In this document: positions 53,901-64,000 of the stretch, piece after piece | Numbering within the stretch: the first letter of the stretch is position 1 | Layout of the letters: every line of letters begins with the position of its first letter | NCBI GenBank assembly: GCA_965153355.1 | Contig: OZ231126.1 | Span: 1,178,001 to 1,242,000, forward strand | Direction of reading: 5' to 3' | Length of the DNA stretch: 64,000 bases | From: Flaccisagitta enflata | Lineage: Eukaryota | Program-made: the position numbers and the translations under genes | Notes under the pieces: model-generated | Database searches by the model: none | What the model was told of the DNA's origin: nothing | The model's input: only the letters and a program-made list of their open reading frames with translations

Positions 53901-54372
53901 TAAATGTGTAAGTAAGTAAGTAAGTATGTATGTATGTAAGTATGTATGTAAGTAAGTATGTATGTAAGTAAGTATGTATGTATGTATGTATGTATGTACG
54001 TATGTATGTAAGTAAGTATGTATGTAAGTATGTAAGTATGTAAGTAAGTAAGTATGTAAGTATGTAAGTATGTATGTATGTAAGTATGTATGTAAGTATG
54101 TAGTATGTATGTCGGTATGTATGTAAGTATGTAGTATGTATGTAAGTATGTAAGTAAATATGTAAGTATGTATGTAAGTATGTAATTGGGTAAGTATGTA
54201 ATTAGGTAAGTATGTAATAATGTAAGTATGTAAGTATGTATGTAGTATGTAAGTATGTAGTAAGTATGAAGTATGTTAAGTATGTAGTATGAAGTTATGT
54301 AGTTGTGTGTAGTATGAAGTTGTGTAGTTTTGTGTAACTTAGCACGCGACTGTTGGCCTGTTGGGCTTGTTT
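50971..54372 (+). mobile_element. 3.4-kb HINE-like element filled with simple repeats, including about 1.6 kb of (aagtatgt)n at 52740-54335
   Basis: 5' tttttagtcgcgtgcacgcgactcta plus (GTCG)n; 3' gcacgcgactgttggcctgttgggcttgttt. Confidence 0.75.
51665..52365 (+). mobile_element. 5'-truncated non-LTR retrotransposon with a restriction-like endonuclease (RLE; R2/NeSL/HERO-type C-terminus)
   Basis: Frame 51665-52183 reads TWRHNSVL...RPDLFFID...IALLELTCPWD...KENKY..L, giving the RHN and PD-(D/E)xK-type RLE motifs. Flanked on both sides by (tttttaaca)n. Confidence 0.85.
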
Positions 54373-54673
54373 TCTGGTGAAATGTCATTCTCTTTCTGTC
54401 GCTTCTTTATCTGTCTACCAGTCTCTCACTATGTCTTTCTGTCTGACCTTCTGTCCATCTATCTGTCTCCGTCTGCCTCTGTCTGTCTGTCCGTCTGTCT
54501 GTCGGTCCGTCTGTCTGTTTGTCTGTCTGCCTATCTATCTATATGTCTGTCTGTCCGTCTATCTGTCTGTCTGTCTGTCTGTCTGTATGTCTGTCTGTCT
54601 GTCTGTCTGTTTGTTTGTCTGTCTGTCTGTCTGTCTCTTGTCTCTTGTCTCTCTCTGTCTCTGTTTGTCTGTC

Positions 54674-54723
<50 letters not shown>

Positions 54724-54786
54724 CGTATGTCTGTCTGTCTGCCTCTCTGCCTGTCTGTCTGTCTCTGTCTGTCTGTGTCTGTGTCT

Positions 54787-54866
<80 letters not shown>

Positions 54867-54947
54867 CAGATCGAGTATGAGCGGCTCGCTCAGTCATGTA
54901 CTCAGTTCACGAGTGACGTTCTCGACCTTTGTCCCTCTCTCATTCAG

Positions 54948-55109
54948 ATCGAGTATGAGCGCCTTGCTCAATCATGTACTCAGTTCACGAGCGACGTTCT
55001 CGACCTTTGTCGAGACTCAAACGATGTCAAAGCGATTTTGTTCAGTTCTCAAGATGGAGATGAATTTCTTGGAACCATTTCCTACGCAATAAGATTCGAA
55101 GAAAAAGCG
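54948..55109 (+). CDS. TRPC-like channel exon (linker helices), with an alternative in-frame acceptor at 54870
   Basis: Acceptor cattcag| and donor GCG|GTAGGA; phase 0-0. Translation IEYERLAQSCTQFTSDVLDLCRDSNDVKAILFSSQDGDEFLGTISYAIRFEEKA matches TRPC EY..L...C..F..DLLD..R.S.E...IL...AI....K. Confidence 0.93.
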
Positions 55110-55362
55110 GTAGGAATAATTGAATTCTGAGGAACAGATTGATAATTGAATGAATGAAAATATGAATGAAGGAATGAAATAATGAATGGATGAATGAATG
55201 AATGAATGAATGAATGAATGAATGAATGAATGCATGCATGCATGCATGCATGCATGCATGCATGAATGCATGAATGAATGAATGAATGAATGAATGAATT
55301 ATTGAAAGAACACGCAAAATGAATGAATGAAACAATGAATGAACTAGTCCATTGATTGATTG

Positions 55363-55426
<64 letters not shown>

Positions 55427-55451
55427 ATTGATTTACTCATTTCTCTTTCAG

Positions 55452-55553
55452 TTCATATCGCATCCGGTGATACAACAGTCGATCGCCACAGCTTGGAATG
55501 GCGATGGAAATATTGAAGGTTCAACCTCCTTACCCGCGCTCACAAATGGACGG
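55452..55553 (+). CDS. TRPC-like channel exon (FVAHP..QQ..W motif)
   Basis: Acceptor ttctctttcag|, then FISHPVIQQSIATAWNGDGNIEG. The donor is either CGG|GTAAGT (55553) or AAG|GTTCAA (55518). Confidence 0.85.
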
Positions 55554-56771
55554 GTAAGTCAACGAAATGGACAGGCGGACAGACGGATGACAGATGGCAG
55601 ACAGATGGACCCGCGCTCACAATTAGACGGGTTAGCTATCAGATTAAGAGGGCTAATTTTGGTCTTCTAAGAGGGGGGGGGGAGAACCCAGAACCGGAAA
55701 GGGGGGGAGACTTTTTCCGGGTTAAATTTTAGGGGGCACTCCGGAAACCCAAAATTGCAGATGATTGTCCTGTTTGGAATTAAACTTATTGAGCAGTACA
55801 CTCTGCTCTTCCTGGGCTGCTGTCCAAAAGGCAGGGAAGAGAACCAGAAAGAAAGTGCAAGAAAGAGATAGAATGAAAGAAAAAGATAGAATGCAAGAAA
55901 CGAGAAAGAGATAGATGGAAGGCGAGGGAACGAAAAAGGAAAAGAGGAGAGCAGCTTATAACTTAATAAGATTTCGTTTTATGGACAGGACATCAAATCG
56001 TCCGGTGAAAACAGCAGCATTGGGCTGTAGGCACATGAAAGGGAAATCGGTGGGGCAAAATAGGAAGTTTCAAGCAGAGTGTGAAGCGGTAGGATGAGAT
56101 GGGTTAAATAGGAAGTGTGGAGGATGGAGGGGAGGAGGATGGTAGAGGTTTGCCATAATTAGAGGCTGTGGAGGGGGGGAGGGGGGTGAGATGAGGAGCA
56201 GGTTCGGAAGTGTGCAGATTTATCAGATGGCGTTGAAGATGGAAGAAGGGGGAGAAGGGACTTTTTTAAATGATGCATAACTTTTGACCAGTCTTGTGAT
56301 AATTTTCTGCAGAGGGAATATTTCTTTAGAAATTTAAAGGATAGTTGTGATGGGTCCGGATTAAACACCAGTGAGAGCTCCAAAGGCTCTCATCCTTTAG
56401 TAAAGTAGGGTTGAGTAGTAATGTTGTCCAACTTTCATATGAGGTTTGGAAGGATTGTGGGAGTATGGGTGTGGCTGTTCGCATTTGTGGGGAAGTGGAA
56501 GTCTGTGTTTTGTTATTGTTTGCGGTGCGTGGGCCTGATCAACTGATCGTTAATGTGGGAAACGGAGTTGTCTCGTATGGAACGGCAAAGAGATCTGTGT
56601 TAAAGTGAAAGAAACAAAAAAGAAACACTATTCGCACTATTAACTTGATCGCTAAAACAAGGCTTAAGTGACAATGTCAAAGCGAAGTCATCTCTACCAG
56701 AGCTAAAGTGTCCGGAAATCGGCGATGTTATGGGCTCAGGGTTCTGAATCAGCATTGATACCAGAAAAAAA

Positions 56772-56918
<147 letters not shown>

Positions 56919-57741
56919 GCACAGGCTAAAGAGGCAGAGACCACAGAGAATTTTAAATTGTACAGAATAATAAATGGTGACAAATAGGAGGGCAAGATCG
57001 AGGTCATTTTGAATCACGACTGGAATGGAAAATGAATGTGTGAGGGTGACTGGTTGAAAAAAAGCCTATGGAAAACCGGGGAAAAAACTATTTCATTGAA
57101 TATCCCTTTTAGATGCAGCCTCGCATCTCTGTAGGATATTTTGTCTGTCCGTTGCGCTGGTTCGTCGGTCCATCCGTTGGTCCGTTGATTTATATGTTTA
57201 TCTATCTGTCCCTCCCACCATCCAAGTCCATCCCCATGTTTGTTCTTTCGTCTCACGTAGATCGGAGAGTGTATCATAACAGGTCAAAAATATAAGCCAG
57301 TGCCTAGAGATGACAGCTATGGCATAAGAATGTTCTTAAGTATGTGTAGATCACACCTTTACGGGGTTTTGCCTGCGTCATGATTCATCTAGGGACATTT
57401 TTTTGCTCTTAAACTCAGTAGGTTCAACATTTTGGAGGCTCTGAATGGACAAGATTTTTTTCATCTGAGATTGGAATTTTGCGATTTTTTTTTATTAGGT
57501 CCTACAAATTTAGGAGCAGGCTTACCAAATTTTACACATGGCGTATTCAATAAATCCTGAACCTTTGCTAAAGATTTGGCATCCTCCCTCTTATCATACT
57601 ATCTTGGTCAAAATAAGAGTGCTCGCAATTGAATTTAGTTCTTAAACCTTGAATATTGATCAGAAAAGCCTGTTTTCTTATTACAGAAGTTTATTTAAGC
57701 ATATTTTGGCATTAGATTTTGCTTGCATAGTGATTTTTATA

Positions 57742-58450
57742 GTGTGCGGCATATTGTAAAGAGTACGGTCTCGCATTCAATGCCAGCAAATCAAAGATAA
57801 TGGTCTTCTCAAAAAACAATGTCAATTTGGATGATCTCCGCCCCATACGTCTTAATGGCAGTAATGTGGAATTCACAGACGCAATCACATACCTGGGAGC
57901 CTCTATTGTCAGTAAGAAAGGCATTGCGTTTTCTTCTTCCAATGACTTGACTAAATTTTACCGTGCTTCCAATTCGATTCTACGAGCAAATAACAAACCT
58001 AGTGAAGAGGTATTAATGCAACTGCTCTACTCATGTTGCATTCCTATTCTATCGTATGCCTGTGCAGTGAAAGTTTATCCATCGAGGGAAATGCAAAACT
58101 GCAGTACGGCGATAAATGACGCTATTCGCTTTGTCTTTGGCTACAACCGCTGGGAAAGCATAAGAACTTTGCGAGAATCCTTTGGCTACTCGTCTCTCAT
58201 CGACATTTTTCACAAATCAAAACGAAAGTTTGATGCCTCGTTACCCATGCATCGTAACCCAATGATCTCTCACATTGCGCGCAACCTGATCATTGAGCAA
58301 AAGTAGTCGTTCTATGTGATATCCCTTTTTTAGTTATCTTTTTTTCTTTATTCTCGCTTCACTCTATCGTTAAGGTAGTAGTTTATAGTTGAGTGTTGAT
58401 TTGTACGTTTCTGTCTCTTTATTGATGACGAATTAAAAGAACATATATAT
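57742..58450 (+). mobile_element. 5'-truncated LINE: RT C-terminal/thumb region plus 3' UTR
   Basis: ORF 57800-58306 has NASKSKIM, YLG, PILSYA and RWESIR motifs typical of LINE ORF2 ends; the element terminates in (at)n. Confidence 0.85.
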
Positions 58451-58478
58451 AGCAGCATCACTAATTTTCATATCACAG

Positions 58479-58521
58479 GTTTCTCATCTCTTAAATCTGT
58501 TTTTGCCACTTTGGTTCTATG
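58479..58521 (+). CDS. Candidate 43-nt TRPC-like pre-S1 exon
   Basis: Branch-like cactaat, acceptor atcacag| and donor ATG|GTGAGG. Open in both frames offered by the two upstream donors (VSHLLNLFLPLWFY or GFSSLKSVFATLVL); both peptides are hydrophobic, as expected here. Confidence 0.55.
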
Positions 58522-59734
58522 GTGAGGCTTGTACTAATATTGTAGTAAAATCTAAACGATTCAAGCAAATGAGCTCTGCTTGGTGGCAAATGAAAGCTCT
58601 TTTGAAGCTCTTTACAACGGTCACCGATTTTCTTATGTTTCTATAATTTGTTTGGACAGAAAATATCCAAATGAAGCTGCTGTAATTTCAACAAGGCCAA
58701 CACCTATAAGTCGCGTGCGAGACATAAATAACTTAAGATGACTTAAAATGACTCAAGATGACTTAAAATGACTCAAGACAACTTTTAATGACTTAAAAAG
58801 ACCAAAAATGACTGAAATGACTACTTTGACCTATTTGACTTAAGTGATTTAAAATAACTTAGAATGACTTAGAATGACTTAGAATGACTTAGAATGACTT
58901 AGAATGACTTAGAATGACTTAGAATGACTTAGAATGACTAGAAATAACTTAAAGTAAAATAAAAAAGTAAAGTGTGACGGACCGACAGACGGACGGACGG
59001 ACGGACGGACGGACGGACGGACGGATGGACGGACCGACGGACGGACAAAGCGGGTTGTAGAGTCGCGTGCACGCGACTAAAAACGGAAATCAATGATTTT
59101 TACCTTAGAAATCAAAATAAAACATTTTACTTTTTTTGCTGTGAAATCTAAACGAATTGAGCTACAGAGGTCTGCATGGTGGCATAAGATCGCATTTTCG
59201 CAGAGCTTTTTAATGGTCACCAATTTTCATATGTTTTTTTGAAAAATCTGGCTATAATAGGAGAAAACATGGCGGACTCTTAATTCGACCAGGATAGTAA
59301 GTACCATTTTTCATTTCTAGAATAGTACCATATGAAATGGAAAAAACATTTTTTGCCGCATTTTAACTTCAGAATAGTACAGGGTGTTTCATGCCAAATT
59401 AGATATAAGAAAACGATGCCATTCTGCTTCTAAAAATGCAAAAACAATTCTGAAAAAAGATTCAAAGAGCACTTAAACTCCGATTTTTTTGTAAAAATTG
59501 CATGGGTTTGGGTCAAATATCTTAGCCACAACATCAATTTGAAGTTATATGAGCATTTCAAGGAGAAGCTTTTTTCACACTATATTGATTTTGAAAGTTT
59601 TTCTTTGAAGTGCTCTCATTTCTAAACGGCTTGAGCCCTCACATGCATATCTTCAGCTAGCTGCGTTATTTCTTGTAAGAAAAAAAAAATCGTTGAGGGT
59701 GGCAAAAAAAAAGTGATTTCTATGTAAAATTGCA

Positions 59735-61599
59735 TCAGGAATCCATTTTTGATGTTTTTAGGGCCCTACGAGGGGGCCCCTAGAAACGCACCAAAAAAAC
59801 CAGCCAAAAATAGCCTATTTTGGCTATTTTTGTTGAAAATTTTTTGCTGTATGAGATCCCAACCCCCAAATTTTTTTGGTGGTAATACTTCTTGATGTAA
59901 GAGACTGAAAAAAAATGATCATGATAGTAAGTGATGGTTGGGGTACCTAAAAAGGCCCAAAAAGGGCCTGTAAAACATAGAAATATCACTTTTTTATTCA
60001 TTGCGCATCTAGAAATGCTTGGATTCCTACAAAATTTGAAATGGAACTTCTCATTTTATGCAACAAGCTTCCTGCAAAGTTTGTGTCACTTTTGAACAAC
60101 ATGTTGAAATTATGCTCCAAAAAACAAAATTCGACCAAAAAAAACTTTTGAGTATTCTTACATGAAAACACTATTTCAAGGTCCCTGAATCCATTTTTTT
60201 TTCTGAAAATGGTTAGTCATGCATCTTGAGAGATCCCAGAAAAAATTTCAGCAGATATTTCCAAAAAATGGCCGAGTTATTACGGTTCAAAATGACCTGG
60301 TAAATGAAAAAAAACACAATTTTTTAACTTCAAGGCTGTAGAACTGAAAAATTATACTAAAAGTACCTGGAAAATAGACAAATTAAAAAGAAAATGCATG
60401 GGGAATCCATTACTGGTGGTTTGGGGGCTCTACAAGGGGGCCCCTGGAAACACCCCCCCCAAAAAAACTAAAAATAGCCTATTTTGGCTATTTTTTGAAA
60501 AATTTTCTTGTTTAAAGAGACCCAATCCTTCCAATTTTTTTTGGGCTATACTTCATGATGTAAGAGACTGATGGAAAGAGAATCATGATGGATGATGGTT
60601 GGGGTACCTAAAAAGGCCCGAAAGGGGCCCGTAAAACATAAAGATATCATTTTTTTATTCACTGCGCGTCCAAAAATGCTTGGATTCCAAAAAAATTTGA
60701 AATGGAGATTCTCATTTTATGTAAAAAGCTTCTTAAAAAATTTTGAACAGTTTCATGGTAAAATTATGCTCAAAAAACAAAATTGGCTCCAAAATAAGCC
60801 AATTTTTGAGTTTTCTCACATGTAGACACTATTTCAAGGTCATGGAATCCAATTTTTTGTCGCGTGCACGCGACTCTACAACCCGCTTTGTCCGTCCCTC
60901 TGTCTGTCCGTCAGTCCGTTGGTCAAACATTATTCTTTTTATTACTTTTAGTTATTCTTAGTCATTTTTGGTCATTTTTAATCATTCTAAGTCATTCTAA
61001 GTTATCGTAAGTCATTGTAAGTCATTTTGAGTCATTTTATATTATATTAAGTCGGTTATGTCAATTTGGTCAATTTAGTCATATAAGTCATTTATCATCA
61101 TTTTATGTCTTTTTAAGTTATTTTCAGTCATCTTAAGTCATTTTAAGTCAACTTGAGTCATCATAAGTTATCTATGTCTCGCACGCGACTTATAGGTGTT
61201 GGCGTTGTTTTTTCTAAATTGTTTCTCATGTATCTTAAAAGGTCCCAGAAAAAATTTAAGCAGATATTTTTAAAAAATGCTAGTACTGTTTAAAATGACC
61301 TGGTTAATGAAAAAAGTAAAGAGGCTGTTTGCATGAAAAATTCTACTAAGAGTACCTGGAAAAAAGTTAAATGTATTTAAAAATGCATGGTGAATCTATT
61401 TCAGATGGTTTAAGGGCCCTATAAGGGGACCCCTAGAAACGCACCAAAAAGACTTGCCATAAATGGCCTGTTTTTGCTATATTTGGTAAAAAGAAATTTA
61501 TCAATGAGACTCCAACTTTCTAAATTTTATGGTAAGAATACTTCTTGTCGAATTTTCTTTTTACGTATCACCAGTCTCCTACTCCCCACTACCTCCCCC

Positions 61600-61644
<45 letters not shown>

Positions 61645-63415
61645 CCTCCCTTGTCACTCACTGCCCTCTTTCCATTTTTATCCCTCCCGCTATTGTGAGA
61701 TTCCTTTGTGTCTGTATAGTTGTAACCCACTATATCAGAGCCAAGAGTAATGATTTTAGGGGCCCTTTTTGGGCCCTCTCAGGTATCCCAAACATCACCT
61801 ACTATCATGATTCTTTCTTTTTCAGTCTCTTTAGGTATTACCACCTAACAATTTTTAAAGTTCAGATCTTAGGGGGTGTTTCTAGTCAGAGACAATCGCG
61901 TTTTGAACGGGCCACTCGGTCGCTGTACGTTCATTCGTTTGCACCACTCACTCGCTCTGCAGCGCTCTGCAGCGCTCTGCTTCGCTACACTCGCTTTGCT
62001 AGTTTGTTCCATTCACAGGCTTGCTCACTTGCTTCGCTCACTCCCTTGTGGGACAGTGGAAATTCTTGAGTATGTGTTCCCGCTGTTATCGCATTTCACA
62101 GGTTCATACGCGTTTTTCATTTTCACTAGAAACACGCCCTTATAAGGAAAAAATTAAAAAAAAAAAATAGTCAAAATGCGCCATTTTAGCCTCTTTTTTT
62201 GGGTGCTATTCTAGGGGCCCCCTTGTAGAGCCCCCAAATCATCAGTAATGGATTTCCCATCATTTTTAGATAAATTTTACTATTTCCCAGGTACTTTTAG
62301 TTTAAGTTTTAGTTACTTTTACTTTTACTTTTACTTTAGTTACTTTTACTTTTACAGTTACTTTTAGTTTTAGTTTCATTCTTACAGCCTTGAAAATACT
62401 TGTTTTTTTTTTCATTTACCAGGACATTTTTGATTGGAATGACTAAGTCATTTTTAGTTGCGGACACGCAACTCTATAAGAGGCTTTGTCCGTCCATCGG
62501 TTGGTTGGTTGGTTGGTCCGTCACGCTCAAGTTGAAAAGTGGGAAAACGCGCATTTCTGCCCCTGCCCACCCGTCCGCAACTGATGGCCGTGTATCCGGC
62601 CTTGTTTTTAAACATCTGCTGAAATTTTTTCTGGGGCCTCTTTATATACATCATGAGTAACCATTTACGGAAAAAAAGATTCAATTACCTTGAAATAGTG
62701 TCTAAATGTGAGAAAACTCAAAAATTGGCTTATTTTGGGGCGAATTTTGTTTGAGCATAATTTTTCCATGAAGCTGTTCAAAAGTGGCCAAGAAATTTTG
62801 CAGGAAGCTATTTACATGAAATGAGAATTTCCATTTCAAATTTTTTAGGAATCCAAGCATTTTTGGACGCGCAGTGAATAAAAAAATGATATCTTTATGT
62901 TTTATGGGCCCTTTTTGGGCCTTTTTAGGTACCCCAACCATCACCTACCATCATGATTCTCTTTCCATCAGTCTCTTACATCATGAAGTATAGCCCAAAA
63001 AAATTTGGAAGGATTGGGTCTCTTTAAATAAGAAATTTTTACAAAAAATAGCCAAAATAGGTCATTTTTAGCTTTTTTTGGGGGGTGTTTCCAGGGGCCA
63101 CCTTGTAGAGCCCCCAAACCACCAGTAATGGATTCCCCATGCATTTTCTTTTTAATATGTCTATTTTCCAGGTACTTTTAGTATAATTTTTCAGTTCTAC
63201 AGCCTTGAAGTTAAAAAATTGTGTTTTTTTTTTTCATTTACCAGGTCATTTTGAACTGTAATAACGCGGCCATTTTTTGGAAATATCTGCTGAAATTTTT
63301 TCTGGGATCTCTCAAGATGCATGACTAACCATTTTCAAAAAAAAATTGGATTCAGGGACCTTGAAATAGTGTTTTCATGTAAGAAAACTAAAAAATTGGT
63401 TTTTTTTTTGATCAA
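59735..63415. mobile_element. Inverted-repeat structure made of ~660-bp tandem units (DNA-transposon-like)
   Basis: 60150-60850 is the reverse complement of about 62680-63390 (e.g. catgaaaacactatttcaaggtccctgaatcc / ggattcagggaccttgaaatagtgttttcatg). Units start near 59760, 60424 and 61413. Confidence 0.8.
61720..61746 (+). CDS. Possible 27-nt micro-exon continuing the TRPC-like pre-S1 region
   Basis: Acceptor ttcctttgtgtctgtatag| and donor AGA|GTAATG; phase 1-1. Joined reading LFLPLWFYVVTHYIRAK resembles TRPC LLFPVFSVCYLIAPKS. Short, so it may be chance. Confidence 0.25.
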
Positions 63416-63619
63416 ATTTGAGGCAGTGACAACCAGCGGTCCACCCTGGTTTCTTTTACTTCCCTTTTCTGTCTCTTCCTACCTCCCAGCATCCTTTCCA
63501 TCCCCTTTACCTCTTCCGCCGCCACTACCTCTGCCTCTACCTACCCTTTGGCATCCTTTCCATCCCCTAAACCTCTTCTGTCGACGACTATACTGCCTCT
63601 ACCTATCCTCATTTATCCT

Positions 63620-64000
63620 TTCTACCCCTTACACCTCTTCTGCCGCTGCCGCTAGTGCCGCTACCTACCCCAAATCATGCCCCCATACCTCTTCCGTTGC
63701 CGCAGTGCCGCTACCTAACCCAAATTATGCCCCTACTACTCTTCTGCCGCTGCCAGTGCCGCTACCTATCACATATCATGCCCTACACCTCTTCCACTGC
63801 CGCCGCTAGTGCCGCTACCTACCCCATACCATGCCCTACAACTCTCCGCCGCTGCCGCTGGTGCCGTACCCACCTCTTCGCTGCTGCCAGTGCCGCTAGT
63901 GCTGCTAATGTCGCTAGCTGCTACTGATGCTAATTTTTGCCCCTACACTTTCCGCTAGTGCCGCTAGTGCCGCTATTTGCCAAATTTTTGCCCCTACACC
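63620..64000. repeat. ~50-bp C-rich minisatellite (ccctacacctcttccgctgccgctagtgccgctaccta...)
   Basis: Visible degenerate tandem units running to the window edge. Confidence 0.8.

Noticed and set aside
52712-54388. 558-aa T/Y/I/L/H ORF, the longest in the track
   Set aside because: Translation of the (acatactt)n satellite inside a HINE-like element.
55990-56760. Possible retroelement ORF1-like remnant on the minus strand
   Set aside because: Short broken frames with no motif I can name.

Overview
This is a repeat-saturated eukaryotic (animal-like) window. I found no prokaryotic features, CRISPR arrays, rRNA or tRNA genes, and most ORFs in the supplied track are microsatellite or minisatellite artefacts. 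Hand-splicing recovers three things. (1) A + strand TRPC-like cation-channel gene, with phase-consistent exons from 42221 to about 55553 encoding ankyrin repeats, the PH-x3-C-x-C-x2-C zinc motif and the helical linker. Possible N-terminal exons lie at 24221 and 28839, and possible pre-S1 exons at 58479 and 61720. (2) Two intact + strand exons of a p24/TMED (GOLD-domain) gene at 6480-6890, with no convincing partner exons. (3) A - strand gene with a large low-complexity exon (9524-10306) and small candidate exons at 50-3240 that weakly resemble a second, very divergent TRPC. The rest is DINE-1/HINE-like non-autonomous Helentrons carrying internal satellites, TA-flanked and foldback MITEs, two multi-kb inverted repeats, three LINE 3' fragments and many tandem repeats. 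The most unusual observation is that most exon junctions of the TRPC-like gene have been tandemly duplicated. Copies of GT-starting exons are frame-breaking or stop-containing AG|GT decoys, possibly removable by re-splicing. The one exon not starting with GT has an in-frame 78-nt copy differing only at synonymous sites.
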